A stretch of 64,000 nucleotides of DNA from Pocillopora damicornis (lineage: Eukaryota): the NCBI RefSeq assembly GCF_003704095.1, contig NW_020843987.1, positions 124,001 to 188,000 of the forward strand. The letters run 5' to 3'. The position numbers were made by a program, and so were the translations under genes. The notes beneath the pieces were generated by a model. That model worked only from the letters and a program-made list of their open reading frames with translations. It did not search any database and was not told where the DNA came from. Shown piece by piece: positions 51,187 through 63,613 of this stretch. Within the stretch, counting starts at the first letter, position 1. Each line of letters starts with the position of its first letter.

Positions 51187-52464
51187 TCAACATGAGCTTT
51201 CGCGAAGCTCTTTGAAAAAATTGTGCACTCCAGGTTTTGAGAGAGTCTCACGGAATAATACTTTGTGTGAAGCACATATGTTTTCCACGGAGTCGTTATT
51301 CGACACCTTGGCTCCTCTCGAATCAGTAGCAACATCTCTGCCGGCGTCGCCATTTTGAATGAATGTTAATGGATGGACTTCGGCTGTTTCTGGGACGAGG
51401 CCCTGACTCGCACTTCTGCTGACCTTTTTGAGAACAAATTTCCTTGTGTCAGTGCTTATCTTTCTCAAGGGCTTCATACCTGCACGTCCAATCCTTGCAA
51501 ATCCAGACCTAAATTCTTTGCTTTTCAAAGCATAGATGAACGGATTCAACACACTGTTGGCGTAGGTGAACAGACGGCTTACTACAGAAATGTAATGAAA
51601 CAATCTGTGCTTTGCGCCACGTCCAAAGTCTACCCAAAGCCAAACAAATTGATTGGGAGACATGCCTATTGCAAATACCACTACAACGATAACGAACATT
51701 TTTGCTAAGCGAATGTTCTGTTCCCTTCGTTTAAATTCGCTTTCTTCCTTGCTTGAAGTCGAGTTTTTGTTGATGATGCGACGTTCGTGTCTGTGGTTTT
51801 TGTTGCTCTCGGAAAAAAGCCTTGTCGTGTTCGAACGTAAGCTTCGATAAATAAGCAGGTACGATGCAGACATAGTTGCCAGAGGAAGAGCAAATTGAAA
51901 CAGAAACAGCACAATGGTATAAGCTTGTCTGTAGCCCGGTTTTGTCCAAGTTTCAGCGCAGGACCTTGGAGAGCTGTTGTATTGCAAAGCAATAAAATAA
52001 GGGGTGCATAAAAGGATGGAGAAAACATGAATTGCCACAACAGTCTTCACAACTCGGATAGATGATGGGCGTTCGCTCAATGGCTTTGCAAGCGCTTTAA
52101 ATCTGTCCAAACTAATAACTGCTAAAGTTAAAGACGATGATGTGGAAGGGGCCGTCTGAAATGGCCACAAAAGTTTGCACATCACCCTACCAAACGGCCA
52201 CTCTTGGTTAAGCTCTTCCAAAGCTAAATCAAACGGAATGCTTAAAGCAGGTGTCAAGAGGTCACATAAAGCCAAATTCAGGATCAAAAGGTTTGGAGTT
52301 GTCCTCATTCCTCTGGCCCCAATGATCACAATGGCCACTAAACTGTTCCCGACACAACTAAATGTGAAGATTGCAACGTACAGTGCTATCTTAAAAACAC
52401 GGAATTCCATGTATTCAAAGGTATCGTTACTTCTACCAGCAAGATTGGTATTGTTCGTTAACAT
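51187..52464 (-). CDS. Class A GPCR, neuropeptide-receptor-like, 425 aa from first ATG (GPCR-5; closest paralog of GPCR-4)
   Basis: GNSLV, NLALCD, SIPFDLALEE, DRF, FAIGMSP, NPFIY. Shares EQNIRLAKMFV and MKPLRKIS with GPCR-4. Ends ESSC. First ATG at 52464. Confidence 0.93.
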   Translation of the reverse strand: MLTNNTNLAGRSNDTFEYMEFRVFKIALYVAIFTFSCVGNSLVAIVIIGARGMRTTPNLLILNLALCDLLTPALSIPFDLALEELNQEWPFGRVMCKLLWPFQTAPSTSSSLTLAVISLDRFKALAKPLSERPSSIRVVKTVVAIHVFSILLCTPYFIALQYNSSPRSCAETWTKPGYRQAYTIVLFLFQFALPLATMSASYLLIYRSLRSNTTRLFSESNKNHRHERRIINKNSTSSKEESEFKRREQNIRLAKMFVIVVVVFAIGMSPNQFVWLWVDFGRGAKHRLFHYISVVSRLFTYANSVLNPFIYALKSKEFRSGFARIGRAGMKPLRKISTDTRKFVLKKVSRSASQGLVPETAEVHPLTFIQNGDAGRDVATDSRGAKVSNNDSVENICASHKVLFRETLSKPGVHNFFKELRESSC

Positions 52465-52715
52465 TTCCAAGCGACGACTCTAATCTTCGCCTTTTTTCCA
52501 CAGGAAGCACTTGTCTGGGTTTGCGAGATGTCACTTAAATCTGTAAGTCGAATCAACACCATCATAATTGGTTTTCAGGGAGTAAAACTAGCGATATAAA
52601 AATATAAGTTTACATTACCCTATATACCTAGCCCATCAATTCATGATCGAAAGTATCAATGAGCCTTTAATTCTTTCTCGTGAACGTAAAACAAAAAAAA
52701 AACCCTGCCCTTCAA

Positions 52716-53146
52716 AGTCATTTTAGGAAATTATAACCACATTATATCCACTGTGACAATACGTGGGGGTCCTGAAATTTAAAGACACTACGTATATAAA
52801 CTGTCTGACCTAAAATAGCTACAAACTTAGCTATGACCCTATCCATGCAACATGGAATTTTTCTGTGGTGTCGCTGGGTTGAATTCATTAAGGCCGCCAA
52901 ATCCATTAATTTTCTTACCCTATTAATAATTTTAACAAGAATTTGCAAGGTCATTTTGGGAAATCAAAAACCACGTTAATTTCATTGTGACAATTCATGG
53001 AGGTCCTTTTAAGAGCATGATAAAATATAAAGATCTCCTATCAAATTTTCCGATTTCACTTGAATAGCTACATCAATCTCAATTACCAATCGAACGAGTT
53101 TTCGTGCAGTGAAATTGAGTAGAATTCATTAAGGCCCCGAAATCTA
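52716..53146. repeat. Degenerate tandem duplication (about 230-250 bp period) upstream of GPCR-5
   Basis: GTCATTTT.GGAAAT...AACCAC...TGTGACAAT...GGTCCT...GAATTCATTAAGGCC occurs twice. Confidence 0.7.
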
Positions 53147-53793
53147 GTGAGAAAAAACTTAGTAACAAAGACATGGATTCTTTTCCTGCAAATTCAGAGT
53201 TTCAGGTGAAAATTTGGATGTCATAACTGCAGGAATAAGCTAGAATGAAAGGTAACTGAAACCCTGCTTGGCAAAGTAAATTAAACACAGTGGATGAATT
53301 TTTTTTACCCGCTGTGCTTTTTAACTTTGTAAATGAAGAACCGTAGGAAAGAGATGTGGATGCTCTTAGCTGCTTCTCACACTTATAGAGCGCTAAGGAT
53401 GACAGGAAGCTTCCTTGCTTAAAACTTGAGTCTGTACCGGACCAACTTCATACTCAATGGAAAATAGCAGCAGTACATAGGTAACAGACAAAATAAACAA
53501 AGACACAGCATCGATTCCACGATTATTTCCTAAACGTTCTCTGCTCGAAAAGGAATATCTTCCAATTTTTCTTCCTTGCAGTCAAAATTTCGGCTCGAAA
53601 AATACGTTGGCCAAGGGGCTAGAGACTCTACGGAGAAGGGTATCTTTTGCAGTTTCAAACTTAAAGTACAAACTTACCCCGATGACTCTAAAACCCCAGC
53701 GGAAGAATGCACTGAAAACACAATTTGGAAACTATTCGAAAAGTCCTCTCATTAGAGAATTGCACAACAAGTGCATGCAACTCACATTAACTG

Positions 53794-53893
53794 NNNNNNN
53801 NNNNNNNNNNNNNNNNNNNNNNNNNNNNNNNNNNNNNNNNNNNNNNNNNNNNNNNNNNNNNNNNNNNNNNNNNNNNNNNNNNNNNNNNNNNNN
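53794..53893. other. Assembly gap (100 N, likely of unknown size)
   Basis: Read directly. Confidence 0.99.
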
Positions 53894-56800
53894 CCTATCT
53901 TGACGAAGGTCAAGGAAGGAAGCCAGTCTTTAGACAGCGAACATTGCAAAGGAACGCGCTCCTGGCCCAATAGTTGATCAGAACGTTTTGTATCTGTACT
54001 TTGATTCGCCAAATATCTTGATATACAGCTGACTGATTTACCAGCTTAGCCACTGTCATCTTTATAAGGACTCAAACAACAGTTTCAAATCAGACTGAGT
54101 TAGTAACGAGATTAAACTATAGTCTAAAGCTGAAGAACAAAGACGTTTGGTAAAGGAAGATCAAAATAACCCGAGGGGTCAAAGAATTACACTTGAAAAT
54201 TCCTTTCAAAAGTTTTTGGAAGTTAGAACTTTGGGTGCTCTTTACAGATATGGATACAGTTTTTGTCATTTCATCCATCATTATCGATCATTATTATTTA
54301 TATCATTCTTGATGAGCTAGTTGTAAATGATCGAGCTGCAACGATACAACTATATCGACGCGGTTAACAGACCATGGGTCAAATTCTACGGAATTTTAAG
54401 AGAAGCAGCAGCATTCATCGTAGAGTTTATATCTTACTGTTAATAAGGCTTAAGCCATTGGTTGTTGATCGTGTAGGAGAAGAAAATATTTGTAGCGTTC
54501 GCAACTTTCGAGCACATTGAGGAAAACGATAACAATGTCCTCCGGGAGTTAGGCTACACTGGCACACGCATTGAGGTGATGTGGTGATAAACCTAACCCA
54601 CGTTGAAGGAACGTGACATAGTCTAACATTGCTTAAACAAGTAAGCATTGATTTCCATTTTCGCAAATCAGGCTTTAACGTCTGCGGAGTTTAGGAATCG
54701 AAAACAAACTTTGCAAACAAACTGTCTCTTATATTAAAGTTCAGGGTACCAACACTGCATGACTTCCAAAGACGCTCAAATCCACCTCGCTTCTAGCAAC
54801 AAAAGACAAACATCAACTGAATTGAAGATGTTTAGTTAGGTGTTTGTTGGTAGACGGTATTTCCATCCCTATGATCGCTGTTTTATCGCGGTTTCTTGAA
54901 TATCACATGTCTCCTCGAAACATCTTTCATGCCATCAATTAGGTGTTATCCATTCATTACTACACATATTACTTGCGAAGCCCGAAAAAAACAAACCGCA
55001 AATTTTGAAATAACTGATGGAAAATGGTTTAAGTCATACAGTTATGCTTGCAGTGTACGCAAGGACGCGTGTATCGCCACTAACTGACAACTAGAAGATT
55101 AAATCAGTTTAGAAACCTACCTGGCTCAATTCGATCGAGTTCTGTGTATGTTTTGCACGTCTCTAATTCAACTTCTCTTGCTTCTTCCCTCTGATTTGCG
55201 AAAAGTAAGAACACGGTCAGTCGGATTTTGACACAACTCATCAGCTTTTTCAGCTCCGCACAAAATACTAACTTAAATTCCCATCTGCACATTTGATCTG
55301 CGCTTTAAAGTCTAATCTAGATATTTGATCTAGCAAATACCATCTGTAGCCGTTCTAGAAGCTTTTAAGACGAACCAATTAATTACAGACAAGCGCATTT
55401 TTTCGTTTGATGCAAACAGACGATAAAAACAAAACAAAAAAGCAAAAACAAAAAAAATTTGTAGTGCTATTCTTTCTGCGTAAGGGTCTGGCCGTAAACC
55501 TCTTAACTACTCATGCAGCTGCATTGCAGTCAAATCTAATTGTTTCTTATTGACATATAACGTCATTATTCGATAAATAATACGGCTATTTGCTTTGGAT
55601 CAAAGAGTTACTTTCCGTCAATCCGGAAACTTATGCCCTCCAGCTCAGCTAACGCAGACAGGCGTTATTCTAGCCAAAGTTTTCCATGCTTACGAATAAA
55701 TCCTTTATCTTCACCTGGCTGACATTTCAATTGCTATTAATCAATTTGAATAGAAAAACCTGTCAGTTTGAAATCGTTGCGCCGATACATGCACAGGGGT
55801 TGAACACTACTTAAATGCAGATTGAATCCACTTGAATCAAGTGCTTGAACTTAGACTATGAAATAATTCAGTTCACAGTAGCAAGAAAAAAAATACGTAA
55901 TATTTCTTCCGCTTCGACCATCGGGTTTTCTAGTTAGTTTGCAGTCTTTTAAAGTTTCTCTCGGTGGGTTATGCACCACAAAAAGGCTCCGCCGAATTAT
56001 AAAGTTTCAGACATGACAAGAGTTTGGGACGAAGCGATTTTCGGTTGAGTGGTGAAGTTAAACCGGGTTTGCATCCATTCGGTTTGAATTTATTGCATTC
56101 TGTGATCAGTCTAAAAGACATGCGCCACTCTTTATGGGTGCAAGACTAAAGTCAATCATGCACGTTCTCGCACTTAAGGTAGGTTAAGCATATTTATTTT
56201 GAGTCAGTCCCATTGGCACCGTGTGAGGTAAACACTTTATCTGATTGTCCATTTTGATGATTACCCTGGTTTTGCGAGACTCGATAAAAAGAAGCTTAAG
56301 CTTAAAATGACTTTAAAAAAAAAACAGAAGCTTGGTCTGTCTCCAACAGTTAAGCCACTTCAGATCAAACAAATGGTAATTTACGACCGTAGCTAGCGCT
56401 AAAAAATTGTCAAGCAGTTGTAAAAATCTAGCTTGTGGCTGTCCCTGGTATGATGCGGCTGAGAATCATCAGATACCTTTTGGAATTTTAAAGCATATAC
56501 TTTGAGCATCGTGCCCAGAAACCCGATCTTTAAAAACTCACGATGTCTGCAGTTTGATCCTCCTTCGAGACGAGTTTCCTCATTTCTATCGAGTCTGCTT
56601 TGGGTGATTCAAGTCCACCTCTATCGTCTATCAAAAATAAGTGGTTCAACCGTTCCAGATAACCTCCTCCAATAAGTAAGTAAGCTAAGTAAGTGTATGC
56701 GTGTACCACTGGTTTACCTGAAATTACTGAGCTCAACCTCCATGACAACCAACTTTTCAACCTCCACGACAACCAACTTTCTCAATTAAATGAAATACCA

Positions 56801-59800
56801 TCCATCCCATCAAAACATGGCTATTTATAAGGAAGAGTTGGACCAGGCACTCATTCAGTCAGTGGATGATTTGATTGCGAAACATGCACTTGGGCCATGT
56901 ATTTTGTGTCGGCTGAATCACTTTATCCAGTGCTGTGTAAGATAATTTGGAGCATTTGTTAATACTGCTGCTGATTTGATGAAGATGATACAGCAGGGCT
57001 AACAGCAGGAGTTTACCAATTATTCTGGATAATTGAAACAGTAAGCCATGATTTTGAACAACAAAGATAGATGATTGCTTTTAATGATCGAGTTAGTTTC
57101 CTCCAGTAATAAGCAGCGGACATTAGTTAGAGGGGAGGGAGACAGAACCGCGAGTTATTTGTTTAAAAAACTCCTTTGATCCTTTCAGTTGCAGAAACTG
57201 CTTCAAACAGGCTCGTTTATTTACCCGGGAAAAGTGGAAACGTTGAACCACGAATGCAACTTGGTCAGCTGCTCTTGGCTTGGATGGAATTCGGCCATCT
57301 GTTGTTGGTATAATATTGTACCAAGATGATTTTTCACTTTATTTCCCTATTTAGAGGTGAACAGAATATGAGCGATTCGGTTGGTGCGTGAGACAATGTC
57401 TGGAATTTGCCCGTCTGTTGCTAGTGTGGTTTACTTTGGAGATGATTTTCAGCAGAACTTTCATATTCAGTGCTGAATTCAATTGTCGCCTAGAAGTCCT
57501 TATAGGCACTCAAGAAAGAAGATAACGCTATGAAATAAATTCTGTGCAACAACTAAAAAAAATACCTCTCGTGCGAGAGGAAAACGAGGGCTTTAATAAA
57601 AGGTGGACTGGGAAGTCCTTCGGCATTAAAAAAATGCTACAGCACCACTTAAGATCTTCCGGTTCATTTCCAGTTGGAAGGAATACTTTGACATTTTCCC
57701 CAACTCCTAGATAGGTAGCACCCATCACCGCAAACTGCTACGCTGTGTTGACGTCATTGCAAATGAAACCATGCAACACTGAAACTATCTGTCCCAAAGG
57801 TTACAAAGACTTAGCACCCATTAAATGAAAGTGAAAATGCAGCTCAACTGAAGTGTAAGAATTAAAAGATTTACGCCTTAGGGTGTGAGAATTAAGACCA
57901 TTGAAAAGCTGAAACTTGTTACAATTTGATCAAACAAAGATTAAATCCACAACTATCTATCGGTGAGCTTTTAATTTAGGGGTCAGTCTGCTGTTTACCA
58001 CTAAAGTTTCTCATTTATTTATAAAACGAAATTAGGGAAGACATTATAGAGGAACTATATTAATCAATAGTGACAAATTGCGTTTTACAACTGAAGCAGA
58101 GGGCTCTAGTAATGATGATGATTAATTGGCACAGTTAGTCAAAGAAGAAAGATAAATGTGCGGCAAATTATACGTCGAATAACTTAAGCTGTTAATCAAT
58201 GATGCGATGTCTCCGTTTACGATACCTATCAAGGCCGGTATGCAGCTTTGATAGGCTTTGAGAAATGGGATAGTATGCAACAAAGTATTCAAAAGGTTCT
58301 TTTTTCCCTTAAAGGAATTGACAATAGAATGAAAAATATCATCATTTGTTTTAAAAAGTAGATCAACTTCAAAACAACAGCGTATAGTATTACGTTTCAG
58401 GTTGACAAGAGAGTCATGGTTCGATTCTTCGTAAAAAGTACAGAACTAAAGTTCGTATAACATGCATGATTAGAGGATTTTGATCAAGACTTTGTTTTTA
58501 GTGTTTGATTTGGGATTTTTCTATTTTTGGTTCTTGCTTTTTTTTTTGTCGTTGGCTCGTTGTTTTTTATTTGGTTTGTTACTTTATCTTCTTGTTGTTT
58601 TGCTATGTTGAGTCAAAACTCATCAGTCATTCATCACCGTAGTTCCAAAAGATGTTGCTCATTATAGTATTTTAGCCAAATGTGGACTGTTTTGCTAAAT
58701 TCCTGGCGAGCACAGGCGACTTTCAGTTGAAAAGCTATAAAAGAACATGCCATCTCCAACAAAATTTATTCTCATACTTGGACAGGCAAAGTAACTGAAG
58801 ATGAAGAATTACTTGACAAACCCCTAATATCTGAATTAGTTTTTGCGAGATAACCACCGGAAAAGAAACTGACTTCTCACCACCTTTACCTCTAGGGCTT
58901 TCTTTAATTTGATTACAAGAAAAGAATATGAACTGTAAATGGTCGATAAGGTTCTTAAAAAACCGCAGTGGTTAAAGGTCTCATCTGTTGGCGCAATGAC
59001 TTCCTTCGATCCTCCCAATTTGCGATTGATTAATGATTACCCTAAAATGAAGCTTAATTGGTATTCCGCCCAATTCTCTTGCGTTTTAAAAGAGGGGTTA
59101 AGCATGATATCAACGGGAAACAGCAAACAGCAAAACTTGAACTTTCGGAGTCTTTTTTTTTAGCAGCTTGTGCTTTGAGGTGAACATATTTGCATCGGCG
59201 CTGAACAAGAGATTTTTCTTCCTTCAATTTTGAACAGGTTCGATTGGAGAGATCTTTTTTTTTCGTTTGCCGTTGAAGTAGAAATTAGATCTAAATGTAA
59301 TCACTAAAAGTCAAATCTTCTCTGTTTTTAATTGTCTTCCCCCCCCCCCCAATTTTCAAATTTACCGTCACTTGAGACCTCAACCAAAGGATAGGTGACA
59401 TTGCTCTAGAGAAGATAAACTTCTGAGGTTATGACCTACTATCAGAAAAAGATTTTGATTTGAGCAGAATTAGTGCTTCGCACGCAAGTTCATTAAGCCT
59501 TTGCTAGCTAATTACTCAGGTCTAATGGATGAACATCTACGCGACGAGATTATAATATAAATTTGCATTTACCACTGCTTTGACGTAATCTAGATGCTCT
59601 TCGGAACTCTAACGGCTATCCCAAACCGTTAAGCCCTTCAATTAACGGGATTCACGTGAGCTTAAGATCAGCGAGTCGCTCTCCAGGAACTGATTATTAT
59701 CTCTCGAGAAAGGTAAAACTTCAGTTACCAATTTTTCAAATAAACGGAAAATCCAACACTTTTACTGATTTTTGGGAGAAATGACACGATTTCAGGGTTT

Positions 59801-59845
59801 AACTGCACCTCGCCAAGCACACTATCGACGACTACGACTACGTCT

Positions 59846-60868
59846 TTGAGAGCTGCAATAATCGCTCGGTTCCAAATCCCTAAGTACGTCTTATACGTAA
59901 TTATCTTGACCTTAAGTTGTCGTACACATTATCAGGACTCAGAGGAAATTTGGCCATCTGTGACGCCATTACTCCCACCATCAGCATCCCGATCGATTGG
60001 ATTTTTGAAGAATCCGGCTACAAGTGGACTTTTTGGCCAATCCTTTGCAGGATATTTGGGCCTCTACAGACAATGTTCTCCACTTCAACATCCTTAACGC
60101 TAACTATGATTTGTTAAGACAGATTTCGAGAAATCGTGCATCCTTTTAAGGCCCGAAGGATCACGAAAACTCACACCAAGCACTGCATCTTTGCAATTCA
60201 TTTCACATCACGTGTGTTGATGATACCTTATGTTGGTGTGCCGAGGTTGGAAGGAGGTGATTGCCGTGAGAACTGCCCTGCTCCCGTCTCGAGCTTCAGA
60301 AAAGCATACACTTTGATTCTCTTTCTTGTACAGTATGGAATACCGTTGACTCTTATGGTCACTTTACATTCTCTTGCGCTTAGGACCCTCCGCGGACCAT
60401 CAAATTATATGAAACCACAAAGAAATGGAATTCACAGGGATAGAGAGATCGCAATCAGAGCTCTCTGCTATGAATCTTCGTAGGAAGAAAAAGGAGCAAA
60501 ACATTCAAGTCACGAAGATGTTTATCGTGGCTGTAATAGTGTTTTCGTTGAGTATGTTCCCCAACCAAGTCTTATGGTTATGGGTGGATTTCGGAAATGG
60601 AAAAGATAGCGACTACTTTGCCATCATATCAGCTATTTGTTGACTGTTCACATACTCAAATAGTGTCCTCAATCCAATTATCTATGGCTTTTATAGCCGT
60701 GAGTTTCGTTTCAGGAAGAGTTTGCTTAAGAATTCCACATGTCCCATGTCCATGCAAAGACATGCTATCATGTTGACATTCATTGCTGATCCTTCTGTTG
60801 CAAGAAGAGATGGGCATGAAGTGGAATCAACAAATAGCGTCTTTAATGAAGGAGGCGCTTCCCGCTGA
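59846..60868 (+). pseudogene. Disrupted class A GPCR of the same cluster family
   Basis: TM1 FQIPKYVLYVIILTLSC, then a frameshifting deletion (26 nt where paralogs have about 75 nt), then NLAICD..SIPID..EE. TAA at 60115-60117 just before DRF; ICL3 frameshift near 60425-60483; FSLSMFPNQVLWLW; TGA at 60641-60643 before LFTYSNSVLNPIIY. Confidence 0.9.
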
Positions 60869-62134
60869 TACCTCGACATTGCAAATAATGACACTTTTGA
60901 CTTCAAGGAGAGTTCTAGAGGTGAAGGTATACGAAACTCCTTCAAAGCCTCGATTCAATTAGCTCACTACCTTTCAAACGTCGTTGTCAACAAAACGCAC
61001 TAAATTTCAAAGGGTTGAACCAAGTGGAAGCAGAATCGAATTTTCATCTCAGCAGAACAGCCAAACCTTTTACACAGAATAACAAAGAAATAATTCATGC
61101 GAACATATATTGTTTTCCATTTCTGTAAATCTCCTTACATCTCAACATGATATTTTGAGGAAGCAGATGTTGAACTGTTAGTATCAGGAGTGGCTGTTTA
61201 GGCTGTGGGAAAATTTTAGAATCGAGTGCCTATATTTCAGTAATGTGGGATTTCAGTAATCTAACCTCACTTGCTTCAGTTTTAACAAATCGTGCGATTT
61301 TTTAATATTATCGGTGACTCAAAAATATGAATCCTTGTAGTGTGGATTGTCTTTCTGTTTATTTGTTCCATTTATTTGTTTATTTGTTCCATGCGCCGTA
61401 TCCCTTGGATTACAAAGGCTACATACGGGCAAACTGACGTCGCCTTATCTCATCGTCTTACATATGGCCACATAGGCAGTATCAGAGACGTAAAGAGCTT
61501 GCGGTTTTAAGTATAAAGTCGGGCGGTCGGAAGTATGTAAAATCGTTGACGTGTGAACGGCCTGTTATTAAAAAAAAAAAGGTGATAGCTTTCCAACTTA
61601 GCTAGATAATGAAAAAAAGTGCTCAAACCATTCATAGAAAGTCAAAATAACCTGGAACTCAAAAGATGAACCCTGTAACCCCAAAGAGTAAGAAGCAGCT
61701 AATTTACCCAATATTTTCATCCCTAGGTGAATCATTACTTAAGAGTAAAGGAAATGATCGCAAATTCAAGAACTGCTTCATTTTTAGACAACTCTCTTCG
61801 TAAGTGCCATAGGGAATGAATAGAGCGCAGTATGGATAACTTTCATGCTAATGTGAGGTTGTGAGGGGTTAGTTTGGTTTTTCAGGGTATGTATTTGAAC
61901 TGTGTCAAACATGAGAAATCCTCTCGAACTTTGCCGGTTATGCAAATAATTTCTTTTCTACTGTTAATCACCGTATGTTCTCTTAATTGCTGTCACCTTT
62001 CCATGATGTGGAATGTTATAGAATGTGATATCAGTTTTAAATGATCTGATATCTCAAACAATTTATGAACTTCCTCTGCCGCGAACTTTCCTGCAATCGA
62101 ACCTGTTTTCAAGTTTAGTTTGGTTTGAATCTTA

Positions 62135-62607
62135 CCGGCTTAATTACTTCGGCGAAACAGAAAGACGACTTAGGCGACCGATCCAGAGAACGCCATGACG
62201 TAGAAATGAATAACAAATACGCATAAAGATCAGTATTTTGACAATTTAATTTCCCTAACCATTCTAAGCACCATATGGCAGCCTTATGTAGCCTTTCAAT
62301 ACATTTACGCAATTCGGGAAGCCGCAAAACTCTAGAACAAAAATTTATCTTTCAAATCGGCACTCTTAATCCCCACAGTATCAACGAACTCTTTTCAAAA
62401 AATATATTCTTTTGTCGTATTCATGCTCCAACCAAAGTGCAGCTCTATCTTTCTGTGTATAAACCACACAAAACCCAAAATTGCTCTTAATGCTCTGATA
62501 AGTGTCTAACGCTCGAAACATCAGCTTTACAACCTCTTTGCGGCTGCCAATTTAAATTATCAACACAGTTGATAAAACCAAATTACCCTGTTATACTCCC
62601 CCATAGA

Positions 62608-62642
<35 letters not shown>

Positions 62643-62645
62643 GCA
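62135..62645 (+). mobile_element. 5'-truncated, decayed Penelope-like retroelement (GIY-YIG C-terminus plus pseudo-LTR)
   Basis: The broken translation YFGETERRL / LGDRSRE...FNFPNHSKHHMA...SRKTLEQKFIFQIGTLNPHSINE fits the end of a Penelope GIY-YIG endonuclease. It is followed by a decayed hammerhead CTGATAA...CTAACGCTCGAAACATCAGC and the same tail as 49822-49890. Confidence 0.85.
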
Positions 62646-63613
62646 TCAATTACGTCTGGTAATCACTACTGGGTGCTACTTTGAATGTTTGTTTCATTAC
62701 TGACTGTAGTTCTACACAGCGGGTGTTCTAAACATCGCGTAGGCAAGTTTTCATACAAAACACTTGTATAAATTACATGATTTATCCGAATAACATGAAA
62801 ACTGTAGTTTAGTTGCCCAGTTTTCAAAATTGCTCACACCAAAACTCTCTTAAGATTTCCTTCTATATGATCCTTGACCATCAATAGCAGTTTCTTAATT
62901 TTATAGCGCCAAATTGACCTAGTTAAGAAATATAGGGTGAAATGCTGAGTCATATGTGATAAGAAAATTTACAAAGATGCTAAATCCCGCCCTTTTTTTG
63001 CAATAAAATTTGTGTTAATGGTTTTTCCATGTCCACTTTCCTGCTGACGGTGAGTACAAAGGTAATTCACCATCACTATTGTCTTCCCCGAATCATCAAT
63101 CTTTTAAGCGATATTGCAAGATTAAAACGTTAAAAGGAGAGGTAAAACGTCGGCGCTATTGGCTGCTTCGGTTGAAACAGGCAGCTGATTTTGCGAGCGA
63201 ATCACCACCAACCACTCACGTCAACTTTAGATCGCCAAGTCGCATGATATTCATAATGACAGATCTAGTTGTTTGTTGATCAGCTCAAAAAAAAAGCATG
63301 AATGTCTATAGAATCAAACAATTTATTTTTTTTACCTTATGTCATCGTTTAAATTTACTAATCAGGCGGCTGCAGTTTTTGTCTGTCCACATATAAACTT
63401 TGAAATTATTGCATGCCGTGTCTCTTTGTGGACTTCCCGAACGGCGTCAGTTGATTAAACATTCACAACATTATCTGCCTGTTGATTGGTCGTCAAAGCT
63501 TTTAGTAAATTAAACTGTAAGTCGCATATTAAAGATTTAAGCAACCTAAAAAGGTCTAACACATTTTAATAGTCGAATTTCAGAAACTGGATCTGACTAA
63601 GGAGGAAACAAAT

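Noticed and set aside
26113-52483. Antisense and alternate-frame ORFs overlapping the GPCR genes
   Set aside because: Shadow ORFs expected opposite long coding exons; no independent support.
56530-57750. Coding-like composition suggesting another decayed gene or transposon
   Set aside because: The frames I translated are interrupted and show no GPCR, reverse transcriptase or transposase motif; BLASTX would be needed.
60641-60643. In-frame TGA as selenocysteine or readthrough
   Set aside because: The gene also has a TAA, a deletion and a frameshift; paralogs have Arg/Trp here, not Cys.
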